From: Candidatus Staskawiczbacteria bacterium
GTDB lineage: Bacteria > Patescibacteriota > Minisyncoccia > Minisyncoccales > Staskawiczbacteraceae
DNA: 64,000 nucleotides
Direction: 5' to 3'
Assembly (NCBI GenBank): GCA_026395295.1
Contig: JAPLYZ010000010.1
Location: 5,678 to 69,677 of the forward strand
Part shown: positions 28,110 to 38,239 of the stretch, piece by piece
Position numbering within the stretch: the stretch's first letter is position 1
Layout: each line of letters opens with the position of its first letter
Translations under genes and position numbers: made by a program
The notes under the pieces: generated by a model
What the model was told of the DNA's origin: nothing
What the model saw: the letters and a program-made list of their open reading frames with translations, nothing else
Databases searched by the model: none

Positions 28110-29605
28110 TATAATAATTTAATTGCTTCTTGGATGCGCTTTAATGTTTTTTCTCTGCCAAAAATAGCCGCGATTTCAAAAGGGCTTGGCGATGTTTTTT
28201 TGCCGGACAAAGCAGCCCGCAATGGCCAAAGTAAAAATCCTTTATTTTTTTCCGGGTAGCCTTTTTCTTTGTTAAACTCCCCTGCCCCACTTATCAACGC
28301 CTCCTCAATATTTTTAATTTCCCATGTTTTTAAATCAGATAAAATCCTGTCGCACAATAAAAGAGCCTCTTTTACATCTTCGTCCTGCATATCGCTCCAC
28401 TTCAGCAAGTCTTTTTCATAGCTAGGTTTGTCGTGAAAAAATAAATCTGACAACTCAACAATGTCTGATAGTTTTTTCATTCGGGTTTTAGAAACCTCAA
28501 TAATCTCCTGCAGTTTGTTTTGCGAAACCTGGCCGGCAACCAAAAGACCGGCTTCTTTTAAATAAGGCTCGCAAAGTTTTGTTAATTTTTCAATTGGTTT
28601 CTCGCGGATGTATAAACCATTTAAAAATTCTAAGCGCTGGATGTTAAAAATGGCTCCGGCTTTTTGTACTTTTTCTATTGAAAATTCTTTTGACAGTTGG
28701 GCCAAGGTAAACAATTCTTTTTCTGTTCCGGGGTTCCAGCCCAATAAAACCATAAAATTTACTAAAGCCTCGGGCAAATATCCCTGCCTGTGATAATCAG
28801 CCACTGCAACGTCTCCCTGCCGTTTAGAAAGCTTGCTTCGGTCAGCGTTTAACATCAATGGCAAGTGCGCATAGATGGGGTGATAAAAACCAAGCGCTTC
28901 CTGAAGCAATATCTGGCGCGGAGTGTTGGGCAAATGTTCCTCGCCCCTGATTACGTGGCTTATTTGCATTAAAAAATCATCAACCACAACTGCAAAATGA
29001 AACAAAGGGTTGTCCAAGCTTTTTGCTATAACAATATCGCCTAATAGGCTGGCATCAAACTCCACTTCTCCGCGAATTAAGTCAGTGAATTTTACTTTTT
29101 TATTTTGAACTCTAAATCTTATAACAGACTGTTTTCCTTCAGCTAAATTTTTCTGGACAACTTCTGGCGACAAATGGGCGCAACTGCCGTCGTATTTTGG
29201 CGCCAATCCCCTGCTCATTTGCTCTTGGCGTTTAGATTCCAATTCTTCCTCTGAACAAAAACAATAATATGCTTTGTCCTCCACCAAAAATTTTTCTAAA
29301 TAATTTTTGTAAATATTCAGCCTTTGAGATTGCTTGTACGGCCCGAAGTCTCCACCAATGTCCGGCCCCTCATCCCACTGAACCCCCAGCCATTTTAGCT
29401 GCTCAATAATTTCATCTGTCCACTTTTGTTCCGACCTCTTCACATCGGTGTCTTCAATGCGTAAAATAAATTTACCATTATTTTTTTTTGCAAAAAGGTA
29501 GTTGAACAAAGCAGTCCGGCTTCCGCCAACATGCAAGGGGCCAGTTGGAGAGGGCGCAAACCTCACCCTAACCGGCATACTTTTTTCTTTAATATCTTTT
29601 TTCAT
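28109..29605 (-). CDS. gltX: Glutamate--tRNA ligase
   Basis: RFAPSPTG.LHVG, LRIEDTD, HVIRGEEH, KLSKR. Confidence 0.97.
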   Translation of the reverse strand: MKKDIKEKSMPVRVRFAPSPTGPLHVGGSRTALFNYLFAKKNNGKFILRIEDTDVKRSEQKWTDEIIEQLKWLGVQWDEGPDIGGDFGPYKQSQRLNIYKNYLEKFLVEDKAYYCFCSEEELESKRQEQMSRGLAPKYDGSCAHLSPEVVQKNLAEGKQSVIRFRVQNKKVKFTDLIRGEVEFDASLLGDIVIAKSLDNPLFHFAVVVDDFLMQISHVIRGEEHLPNTPRQILLQEALGFYHPIYAHLPLMLNADRSKLSKRQGDVAVADYHRQGYLPEALVNFMVLLGWNPGTEKELFTLAQLSKEFSIEKVQKAGAIFNIQRLEFLNGLYIREKPIEKLTKLCEPYLKEAGLLVAGQVSQNKLQEIIEVSKTRMKKLSDIVELSDLFFHDKPSYEKDLLKWSDMQDEDVKEALLLCDRILSDLKTWEIKNIEEALISGAGEFNKEKGYPEKNKGFLLWPLRAALSGKKTSPSPFEIAAIFGREKTLKRIQEAIKLL

Positions 29606-29614
29606 CTTATTTTT

Positions 29615-30733
29615 TTAGTCTAACATTAAAAATTCTAATATTTCGCGGGCAACGGCGCGGGCTGCCAAAGGTTTTGCAAACGCCAGCGCCGATTGTTTCA
29701 TTTCTTCTAATTTTTCAGGATGCAAAAATAATAATTGGACATTTTCCATAAAAAAATTAGGGGTCAAGTTTTCTTGTTCAACAACAATTGCTGATCCGTT
29801 TTGGGCATAAGCATAGGCATTTTTTGATTGGTGGTCGGCTGCTGCTGACGGAAGAGGAATTAAAATGCTTGGTTTGCCGACTGCAGCAATTTCAAAAATT
29901 GAACCCGAACCCGACCGCGAAATTATTAAATCAGCGGCTTTATAGGCGTGCCTCATTTTTTCTTCATTTAAAAACCCAATTGGGTGATAATACTTGTCTA
30001 GGCTTTTGTCTTGCATGGCAACCTGGGCCTCAGCCGACACTTCTTTAACATTTAAACTTCCTGTAACGTGAATTATCTCGTAATCTTTCAGTAAATTATT
30101 CAATACATTAAGAATGAAATCATTAATTGTTTCAGCGCCCTGCGAGCCTCCAATTACTAAAAATATGGGTTTAGAAAGAGTTAAATTAAAAATTTCTGCG
30201 GCGGTTTGTTTGTCGCCCTCTAAAATGTCACTTCTTATGGGATTTCCGGTTATTGTTATTTTTTCAGGGTTAAAATATTCTGTTTTTGGGAAAGATGTAA
30301 AAATTTTCTTTGCCCATTTGGCGGTTGTTTGGTTTGAAAGCCCTGGCACCACATCGGACTCATGCAAAAAAACAGGAATTTTTAAAAACCGCGCTGACAA
30401 AGTTACGGCAATTGACCCTGACCCGCCCTTGCTAAAAAGCAAGTCGGGTTTTATAGATAAAATTAAAAACAAGCTTTGGATTATGCCAAAAGGAATTTTG
30501 AAAAAAATATCAACAAAATTCTGCAAAGAAAAATATCTTCTTATCTTGCCGGATATAATGGTTTTTATAATAAAATCTTCCTGCGAAAGCAAAATCAAAC
30601 CAAAATCATCTTTGGGACCCAAATAATAAAACTCCAAATCTTTTTTCGGGTAGATTCTTCTTATTTCTCTGACAATGGCGACCAGGGGAAAAACATGTCC
30701 GCCCGTTCCGCCACCTGTGAAAAGTATTTTCAT
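29615..30733 (-). CDS. murG: Lipid I N-acetylglucosaminyltransferase MurG
   Basis: MKILFTGGGTGGHVFP, HESD..PG, GNPIR, GGSQGA, HQ.KNA; start at 30733. Confidence 0.95.
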   Translation of the reverse strand: MKILFTGGGTGGHVFPLVAIVREIRRIYPKKDLEFYYLGPKDDFGLILLSQEDFIIKTIISGKIRRYFSLQNFVDIFFKIPFGIIQSLFLILSIKPDLLFSKGGSGSIAVTLSARFLKIPVFLHESDVVPGLSNQTTAKWAKKIFTSFPKTEYFNPEKITITGNPIRSDILEGDKQTAAEIFNLTLSKPIFLVIGGSQGAETINDFILNVLNNLLKDYEIIHVTGSLNVKEVSAEAQVAMQDKSLDKYYHPIGFLNEEKMRHAYKAADLIISRSGSGSIFEIAAVGKPSILIPLPSAAADHQSKNAYAYAQNGSAIVVEQENLTPNFFMENVQLLFLHPEKLEEMKQSALAFAKPLAARAVAREILEFLMLD

Positions 30734-30874
30734 ATTGTTTAATAATACCAAACCTGCAAAATTCCAGCAACCCTTGACATTGTCTATTTTGGGTATTAAG
30801 ATGTGGATAGCACATTTAACAATCCCGAAAGGGACAACTGCCAATCGCAGTTGAATATGGAAAGAAGTAAGTAT

Positions 30875-31300
30875 ATGAAGAAAAACAGATATGGTTTCAC
30901 ATTGATTGAGTTGTTGGTTCTCATCTCGGTCATCGCAATTGTAGCGGGCTTGCTTATTCCTTCCCTTGATCGCATAGTCGAACGGAATTACGGGAGGATA
31001 ATTCACGAACCGGATATAAATCAGATTTATCTGGTTATGGCGGTCGACAAGACCGTTAACGAGGTCATTGCCATGCCGTGGAGATTTGCCAATGACGGCG
31101 ACAAGGCAACAGACCGCCGGCTCCTCCTCAAGGTAAACGACGAGGTTTGCAAGGTTGGCACTTGGTTTATTCGAGAACCGAATAACAATATTAAAATTCT
31201 GCACATGCCCGACGTTCCGCCATTCGTCACGATGGTGACCACTGAAACGGTTACGAAAACAAATGTGACCGAGATACTCACCATCGAAGCCAACAAATAG
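30875..31300 (+). CDS. Type IV pilin-like protein (class III signal peptide)
   Basis: KKNRYG|FTLIELLVLISVIAIVAGLLIP. Confidence 0.75.
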   Translation: MKKNRYGFTLIELLVLISVIAIVAGLLIPSLDRIVERNYGRIIHEPDINQIYLVMAVDKTVNEVIAMPWRFANDGDKATDRRLLLKVNDEVCKVGTWFIREPNNNIKILHMPDVPPFVTMVTTETVTKTNVTEILTIEANK

Positions 31301-31460
31301 ACCGCACGTTCCGCAAGCAGGGGCAATTGAAAAATTGCTCTCTTTTTTTTAAGCGTCGGAATCCAACTGCCTTGCCGACGGGAAACATTGCAGAAAATCA
31401 AACTATGTGGTATTTTTAATTTAGCAACTTAACAATTTAAATCCTGAAATGAAAGGACAT

Positions 31461-31895
31461 ATGATTACTCAAAAAGTAAGCAACTGGATTGGTTTTTGCA
31501 TTCTGACTGTCTGCGGTTTAGTTTTGGGTCTGTGTTTCGGCACAATTGGAGTGGGAGCCATGCCTTCTAATCCAATGGACGGCATTGGCATGAGCTACGG
31601 CGCGATGTTCGCGGTTGTATGCCTTTTCGCAAAGACACAGGGGCAGAAGAAATCTCACACAAGTTTGGTGTTGATTGTTGCTTCTGCCATCAGTTTTATT
31701 GCCTGCATGGATGCGGGGTTAATTATAAGCCTTATGCATTCATGGGAATTAGACCTGGCAAGCAGTTTGACCGCCGGTTTGCAACTCGACTTATGGATCT
31801 CCATTGGCGTTGGCTCGATGATATTGGCGTGGCTGTTAGTTCGGGCGAGTTTAAAGCATTTGTGCAGGACCTTTCAGGACCATTTTTTCAGGTAA
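31461..31895 (+). CDS. Hypothetical 4-TM membrane protein
   Basis: Hydrophobic ORF; GAAAGGA SD before the ATG at 31461. Confidence 0.6.
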   Translation: MITQKVSNWIGFCILTVCGLVLGLCFGTIGVGAMPSNPMDGIGMSYGAMFAVVCLFAKTQGQKKSHTSLVLIVASAISFIACMDAGLIISLMHSWELDLASSLTAGLQLDLWISIGVGSMILAWLLVRASLKHLCRTFQDHFFR

Positions 31896-31929
31896 AAGAC
31901 CTCTCTAAGAACTGAGCAGGTCTCTTTTT

Positions 31930-33057
31930 TTAGGTGTTTTTGGAGATGTTGAGCAATAATCCTACGCCGATGAGTTCAACTGCCAAGTGCGAACCGCCGT
32001 AAGAAAAAAATGGCAAAGGAATTCCGGCTAATGGAAAAATTCCTGCCACCGAAGATATGTTTATAAACGCCTGCAATGTTATGTAAAAAACAATTCCCAC
32101 AGCTGTTAATTTGGAAAATCTGTCGTTTGAGTTTTTGGCGATTTGAAGTCCAAGCCAAAAAAGTAATATAAAAGCGGCAATTAAAAGAACGCATCCGAAA
32201 GCCCCTGTTTCTTCGCCAATAATGGCGAAAATAGAGTCTGTCATTGCCTGAGGCAAAAAACCAAATTTTTGAGCTGACATTCCCAAGCCCTTTCCAAAAA
32301 TTCCTCCAGAGCCCAAGGAAATCAGTGATTGCCTTAATTGAAATCCTTTTCCCAGAGGGTCTATGTCGGGGTGCAAAAAAATCAGCCAGCGATCCAGCCT
32401 ATACGGTTCAAATTTTACAAGAAGCAAAAGAATGGTTGCCCCGGAAAACACAACCAGCAAGGTGTGCCACAACGGAGTTCTGGCGGAAAAATATAAAACA
32501 AGCAAGGTGATGGCGATAATTCCCAACGTGCTGGCGTCTTTTTGGAAATATAATGCCACGGCAACCAACCCCAAAAAAATTATAAACGGAAGAAAAATGT
32601 ATACAATATTATGGTAACCTCTTTTTGTGATAGATTTCCAGTCCGATACATTGGCTTCAGATAACTTAGAAGCTATCCAAGCGGATAAATATAAAATGGC
32701 TGTAATTTTCAAAAACTCCGAAGGTTGAGCCGTAAATCCCCCTATGTTAATCCACCTGCTTGCTCCGCCCGCCCTAGAGCCTACACCAGGCAAAAATACC
32801 AGAAATAAAGCTGCAATGTTCAAAAGAACAAGCGCTGGCGCCCATTTTTTTAAAAAATGCAACGAAATTTTATATGCCCCAAACCCTAAAACAAGCGCCG
32901 GTAGGAGCCCAAAAATTAGCTGATGAAATAAATAGTAGTTTGTATTGCCAAACCTTTGCAAAGAAGCCGGCGCCGAAAGACACGCCAAAAATAAAAAACT
33001 GAAACCAATTAAAAAGACGATTAAAAAAAATAATAAATAGTTGAATTGCTTTTTCAT
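31930..33057 (-). CDS. ftsW: SEDS peptidoglycan polymerase FtsW
   Basis: GASRWI....QPSEFLK, GFQL.QSL...GSGG..GKG, TDSIFA..GEE, LPFFSYGGS. Confidence 0.92.
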   Translation of the reverse strand: MKKQFNYLLFFLIVFLIGFSFLFLACLSAPASLQRFGNTNYYLFHQLIFGLLPALVLGFGAYKISLHFLKKWAPALVLLNIAALFLVFLPGVGSRAGGASRWINIGGFTAQPSEFLKITAILYLSAWIASKLSEANVSDWKSITKRGYHNIVYIFLPFIIFLGLVAVALYFQKDASTLGIIAITLLVLYFSARTPLWHTLLVVFSGATILLLLVKFEPYRLDRWLIFLHPDIDPLGKGFQLRQSLISLGSGGIFGKGLGMSAQKFGFLPQAMTDSIFAIIGEETGAFGCVLLIAAFILLFWLGLQIAKNSNDRFSKLTAVGIVFYITLQAFINISSVAGIFPLAGIPLPFFSYGGSHLAVELIGVGLLLNISKNT

Positions 33058-35648
33058 ATCTTTTCTCCCAAATTTTTAACAGCTTCTTTAAATTTATCTC
33101 CTTTTTCTTCAAAGTCTTTCCAAATTGAATAACTTGGCGAAGCGCAGGAAAGCAAACAAATTTTTCCGGGTGCAGTAAACTTATAAGCAAATTCAACCGC
33201 TTCTTCCATGCTTTCGGTTCTAAGAATATTTAATCCTTTTAATTTTATTTTTTTCCCGCTATCTGGAAAAAGGACGATATTTTTTATTCTATATTTTTTA
33301 ATCGTTTTTTCTAAATTGGAGAAATCATATCCTCTGTCCTTTCCGCCTAAAAAAATTGTATCAATGTTTTTCAGCGACTTTATGGCCTCAATAGTTGATT
33401 CCGGTGTTGTAGAGATTGCGTCATCATAAAATTTAACACCCTTGAACTCGCCCACAAATTCCAATCTATGGGGCAAGGTTTTAAAATTCTCAATAGCCTT
33501 CTTTATTTTATTATCAGGCACGCTAAAGTATTTCACAGCAGTAACAGCGGCCCTGATATTTTCTTTGTTATGCTCTCCTAAAAGCAATAAATTTAATCCC
33601 TCAACAAATTTCTCGGTTATAAACGGCATTGGCTTCCCTTTTGATTGAGCTACCCATGCAGCCATTTTCTTATTTTTAGGGTTAAAGATAAAGATGTCCC
33701 CGGCTTGCTGGTGCTTTATTATGTTCTTTTTCGCGTTGTAATAATCTTTCAAACTGCGATGATAATCCATGTGCTCGGGAAAAAGAGATGTTACCACGGC
33801 CACATCAGGAGAAAAATTAATATCATCTAGCTGGTAGCTTGAAAGTTCCAAAACAAAAATAGTATTCTTTTTTATTCCCTTTGTGACAGCTGAAAGCATG
33901 GGCGTGCCGATGTTTCCTAAAAGCTCAACCTTTTTACCTGATTTTTTTAATATGTGATAAATAAGAGAGGCTGTTGTTGATTTGCCTTTTGTGCCGGTAA
34001 CTCCAATAATTTTGACTCCTGGTATTTGCCTGGCATAAGAAAAAAATATATTTGTGGCTGTTGTGTATGGAATTTTAATTTTCTCTTTAGCAACCCCGGG
34101 CGACCTTATGGCTATGTCGTAGTCTTTTTGTTTTTCTAAATAATCGGCGTCTGTTTCCTCGTCGCCAATGCCGATTTTAATGTCAGGAAAATATTTCTCT
34201 AAATATTCTTCTGTTACTTTGCCTTCTTTGCCATACCCCAATATAAATGCGCTATCTGCGCCTAAAAATTTAAGGTAATCTGGCACAGATGAAGGGTGGG
34301 TTTTAAAAACTTCTTTAATTAACTCTAATGGTTTCCTTTGGCCATTAAAATAAATTTCAATGGGCATTTTTTTATAATCAACAAAAAACCTATTGTCATC
34401 AGGATCAATTTTGGGTAAAAATATCTCGCCGGCAAGATCATCTCTAAGCTCTTTTCTGGCCATAAAAAACGCGGCTTTTGCTTCTTGGTAGGTGCCCACG
34501 CAATCAAATGGTTTTGATTTGCCAAAGCCAAGAATATCGCGCAGAGTGATTAATATCTCAGAATCTTGAAACAAATTTCTGCCAAAAATACTTACGAGTT
34601 TTTCTTTCGGCAAAAATGGCGCGAGAATCAAAAAAACAAACACGCATTTTGGACAATGCCCGCACCATAATTTTCCATATGAATCGTCTGAAGAGTTAAT
34701 TTTAAAATTATTGTTGCAGCTGGAAAAAATGTGGAGGTATTTTTCAAGCTTGGCAAACATTTTTGCAACCCTTATTTCATAAAATGGTCTAAGCAAAGAA
34801 AAATAAAGCAAATCGGGGCTTATGGAATTTTTAACATGGTCCTGGAATAAATTTTCAAATTCAGATGATTTTGACCACTGATGATTTATCACCCTTCCCT
34901 TGTATTTTACGTTGCCAAAATTACTGCTAAATTCGTTGGCAACAACAAAATATGAATAATTATAAAAAACCGCGGACATAATTCCCAAAAATGCGTATAT
35001 GCCGGAAATTGGCACATGACCGGAATAATATCCCACTTCCGGGTCAAATATTTTTTTATCCAAGTATCGCCTAATTCTAAAAGACCTCTCCCCCACTTCC
35101 TGAATAACGTTGTCTACCAGCAAAGATTTTTTTTGAGTTTCAACAAACAAAATAGAAAAATCAGTTTTAACTTTTTTAAACAGCTCTGCAGACACAATTG
35201 AATCTTTTCCTCCGCTTACGCCAAGCAAAAATTTGCTATTTCTTTCCAGCCTGTAGTTTTTTGTTTTTGCATCTTTATCAAAAGCAAATCCCGGGAAAAT
35301 AGCCGGATTTAACTTATTTCGGTAGAAAAATTCTCCTAATCCCTTTGTGTAAAAAGAATTCCAAAAATCTGCTTCTTCTCTTGCCAGAGAGTAATTTATC
35401 TTTATTTTTTTAGAGCAATAAAGTTTGTAATAACTGATTCCCAACGCTATATGCAAATCTTGCAGTATCTTTTTGACAAGACCCGAAGGTATTTCTTTTA
35501 GATTAGGGATTTTTGGAAGATTTATTGTTTCTGTAAATAAAATAAAATCCTTGGAGCCAAAGCTCGTTTTGTAATTAAAAAATATCCTTTTCTTTGAGGG
35601 CTCAAATTTGTATGAAGTGAATTCGAAAGTGGTTGGTCTTATTTCCAT
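33054..35648 (-). CDS. murD: Fusion of a MurL-like UDP-MurNAc-L-Ala-L-Glu epimerase and a MurD(2)-type ligase
   Basis: N-half SGGKDS, GHVPIS, NHQWSKS, FSSCN, WCGHCPKC, KPFDCVG; C-half GVTGTKGKSTT, ELSSYQL, EHMDYH, HRLE, DDAISTTP, GGKDRG. Confidence 0.85.
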   Translation of the reverse strand: MEIRPTTFEFTSYKFEPSKKRIFFNYKTSFGSKDFILFTETINLPKIPNLKEIPSGLVKKILQDLHIALGISYYKLYCSKKIKINYSLAREEADFWNSFYTKGLGEFFYRNKLNPAIFPGFAFDKDAKTKNYRLERNSKFLLGVSGGKDSIVSAELFKKVKTDFSILFVETQKKSLLVDNVIQEVGERSFRIRRYLDKKIFDPEVGYYSGHVPISGIYAFLGIMSAVFYNYSYFVVANEFSSNFGNVKYKGRVINHQWSKSSEFENLFQDHVKNSISPDLLYFSLLRPFYEIRVAKMFAKLEKYLHIFSSCNNNFKINSSDDSYGKLWCGHCPKCVFVFLILAPFLPKEKLVSIFGRNLFQDSEILITLRDILGFGKSKPFDCVGTYQEAKAAFFMARKELRDDLAGEIFLPKIDPDDNRFFVDYKKMPIEIYFNGQRKPLELIKEVFKTHPSSVPDYLKFLGADSAFILGYGKEGKVTEEYLEKYFPDIKIGIGDEETDADYLEKQKDYDIAIRSPGVAKEKIKIPYTTATNIFFSYARQIPGVKIIGVTGTKGKSTTASLIYHILKKSGKKVELLGNIGTPMLSAVTKGIKKNTIFVLELSSYQLDDINFSPDVAVVTSLFPEHMDYHRSLKDYYNAKKNIIKHQQAGDIFIFNPKNKKMAAWVAQSKGKPMPFITEKFVEGLNLLLLGEHNKENIRAAVTAVKYFSVPDNKIKKAIENFKTLPHRLEFVGEFKGVKFYDDAISTTPESTIEAIKSLKNIDTIFLGGKDRGYDFSNLEKTIKKYRIKNIVLFPDSGKKIKLKGLNILRTESMEEAVEFAYKFTAPGKICLLSCASPSYSIWKDFEEKGDKFKEAVKNLGEKI

Positions 35649-35692
35649 ATGTTAATTCTACCAGATTTTAAATAAAAAAAAAGCTCCGATGG

Positions 35693-36025
35693 CTATGAAA
35701 CGGAGCCTGAAGAAAACCATAGCCAATAGGTAATGAGACCTGCGATGCCAATCGCCATAACTCCCAGGGCGATAAGGACTTTATCCTGTCTTTTGGACAG
35801 ACCCCAGTCGCTGGATATTGTCTTGGCCGGAATTCCTAAAAAAAGCAAAATTGCAATCTGCGCGATAATTTTGGCGACGCCCGCAAAGCCGAGAAATCGC
35901 GTAACGCCCGCGACGATTATAAAAACTGCTGCGCCGAGAAGCAACCGCATTACGACTTTCTCGTCACTGCCTTTGCTTATGCTCCTCCTTGCGGAAGAAG
36001 CAGAAGAAATGGACATGGTATTCAT
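35693..36025 (-). CDS. Hypothetical membrane protein
   Basis: 3 TM ORF with its own promoter. Confidence 0.55.
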   Translation of the reverse strand: MNTMSISSASSARRSISKGSDEKVVMRLLLGAAVFIIVAGVTRFLGFAGVAKIIAQIAILLFLGIPAKTISSDWGLSKRQDKVLIALGVMAIGIAGLITYWLWFSSGSVS

Positions 36026-36160
36026 AAAATAATTTATTATCAAGGTTCTTTAATTAAGATTACTCCCATGATAATAGTTAGTCAATGGTTTAGAGGCGTT
36101 GACGCTAAGATTGTTACATGCTATTATTTTAACAGCTCCTTAATTCAATAAAAAAAGCCT

Positions 36161-36517
36161 ATGGAAGCAAAATCGACAAGCGAATTGTTCAATATCTACG
36201 ATGGCATCGGGCGTTTTTCCGAAGGCCTTACAGTGGCGCAAAAAGGCAATATGCGGATTTTCATTTATCCGGATGGAACACCCGCATTCGAGGCAGTGTT
36301 TAGTGAAGCCCTGCCTTTCTCGGAAGGATTAGCCGCGGTTAAGACGGGCGAGGAGTGGGTTTACATTGGACATAACGGCAAGCCCGCTTTCGAGGGAAGA
36401 TATGCTAAAGCCAATAGCTTTAGCTGTGGAACGGCCCAGGTCAAAGACGGCAAATGGTTTACCATCATTGACCATTACGGCAAAAGGGTGGAAAACTTTC
36501 CGCCACAACCTCTGTAA
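36161..36517 (+). CDS. WG-repeat (KWG-like) protein
   Basis: Repeated FSEGLA.V......YI...G units. Confidence 0.8.
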   Translation: MEAKSTSELFNIYDGIGRFSEGLTVAQKGNMRIFIYPDGTPAFEAVFSEALPFSEGLAAVKTGEEWVYIGHNGKPAFEGRYAKANSFSCGTAQVKDGKWFTIIDHYGKRVENFPPQPL

Positions 36518-36549
36518 AAGAGGTTCTTTTTTTAAAATTTTATTTTTAA

Positions 36550-37416
36550 TTATCCTTCGGAAGAGAGACGCCTGTAAACAATGATAAACAAAACTATCAA
36601 AATAAGAGTTGCTATTATCCATCCATACCAGTGCTTTATAAATCCCCAAAATCCAGAAGATTCAGTTGCAGTTGCTGCGGAGTTAGAAACAGCGGCAATT
36701 GGCTTTGTTGTTGCTGGTTGCTCAACTGGTGGTACAACGGTTACCGGCACGTTCACGGGATTAACTTGTGGACAATAAGCAATATAATCAGCCGAACCAA
36801 CAGCGCAGGTTGATCCATCGCATTTTAACAAATTTGAGCATTCTTTTGCTAAGCACGTGTCTATTGTGCAACTGTTGTTGTCCTGACAATTTTTATATGA
36901 ACCGCTAATTACTCCCAAAGAATCAAGCCAATAAATGGAACTTCCTCGGCAAATTGTTGTTGAGTAGGCTGTGTAGTTATTGGCCGGTTGCTGAACGGGC
37001 TGTACTGGCTGCACGTAATTAACACATTGGCCATACTTACAAACCTGACTGCCTCCGCAAGCCTGGTACAAATCTTGCTGATTATTGCACGAGCTATACC
37101 AATAAATATTATTTCCCTGACAAAGCTTATAAGCGTGGTAAGTGCAGTTTCCGCTAACGTTGTAGTTATAATTATTATTGTTGTAATTAAAATTATCCTG
37201 ACAAATGCCATTAGCGCATCCATTCGGGCAGTACTGAGATAATTCCTGCTGGTTTCCGCAAGAATCATACCAGTAGACATTATTACCCGAGCATTTTCCG
37301 TAATAGTGGTTTGTGCACCCATAACTTTGAGCGTCAACAACACCAGGCATTGCCAATGCCGAAATAAAAACCACTGCCAAAAAAATACTTAAAATAATAA
37401 ATTTGTTTTTATTCAT
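36550..37416 (-). CDS. Cys-rich repeat surface protein (signal peptide, C-terminal TM)
   Basis: Three C.G..(V/I)YW..S units, Pro/Thr linker, TM plus RR tail. Confidence 0.75.
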   Translation of the reverse strand: MNKNKFIILSIFLAVVFISALAMPGVVDAQSYGCTNHYYGKCSGNNVYWYDSCGNQQELSQYCPNGCANGICQDNFNYNNNNYNYNVSGNCTYHAYKLCQGNNIYWYSSCNNQQDLYQACGGSQVCKYGQCVNYVQPVQPVQQPANNYTAYSTTICRGSSIYWLDSLGVISGSYKNCQDNNSCTIDTCLAKECSNLLKCDGSTCAVGSADYIAYCPQVNPVNVPVTVVPPVEQPATTKPIAAVSNSAATATESSGFWGFIKHWYGWIIATLILIVLFIIVYRRLSSEG

Positions 37417-37534
37417 TTTTATTTGTGCCTATAATTTTACTCTGTGAACCAATCAACCAACGGCTGACAAGCTCAATAAAGAAGCGAATTTTTAGGATAA
37501 ATTCGCTGAAAACCGTTTTGAAAAATTGCTCGAC

Positions 37535-38050
37535 TCACAACCTGTTCACGCTACGGGTCCAAACGGGTGCAGGACCACACGCTTCGGCGAGCACCACGCA
37601 CAGCTCGCGGAAAGTATCTACCCCAGCCACCACCCCCTCCGGTATTGAAATGGGGCTCCAGTATACGGACAGACGCATTGGCTCTTCCGCGTCCTTAAAT
37701 CGAACCTGGAGAAGGCAACCGCCCTTTCTCTCAAGGAGTTGTCCAACCGCTTCTGGTGCAGATGCAAAAGGCATCTTCAAATCCACGTTGGCCTTCCCAT
37801 TCTCGTCCAGAGTCACATGGAGGAGAAACGACTCTTCCATAACCTTACCGCCGTCTTTGACAATAGCGATAGCGACAACCTCGTTCCGCCTCCTAGGCAC
37901 GACCGTGAAGCTCAACACAGGGCCGTCCTCCGTCGACACGCTGACGGCGCAACTGGCGCCTAGCACCACCAATTTTTGGTCTGGCAACGAGGCTGCTAAT
38001 GTTACCGCCCCTTGATTCCCTTTCGCACTGATATGTTGATATGGTTGCAT
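37535..38050 (-). CDS. Hypothetical protein, GC-rich singleton
   Basis: Open frame with GGAAAGGT SD before MQPYQ. Confidence 0.5.
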   Translation of the reverse strand: MQPYQHISAKGNQGAVTLAASLPDQKLVVLGASCAVSVSTEDGPVLSFTVVPRRRNEVVAIAIVKDGGKVMEESFLLHVTLDENGKANVDLKMPFASAPEAVGQLLERKGGCLLQVRFKDAEEPMRLSVYWSPISIPEGVVAGVDTFRELCVVLAEACGPAPVWTRSVNRL

Positions 38051-38239
38051 GTATCTACCTTTCCAACTGGACATCGTCCAGTTTTTTTGTTTTAATGTAC
38101 CGAACAACTTTCCCAGCGGGATAAGCTGTGCAAGTAAGTTTGCCACTTGCGAGGATAGCACCATCTGATGCTATACATTAATTATAGCATATGTCAAGCA
38201 CCATTGTCAAGCTATAATGTCGCACAATAAGATGCTTTT

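Noticed and set aside
30734..31204. N-terminal extension of MurG in the 529-aa ORF
   Set aside because: It is the antisense of the pilin-like gene; the MurG motif and a promoter place the start at 30733.
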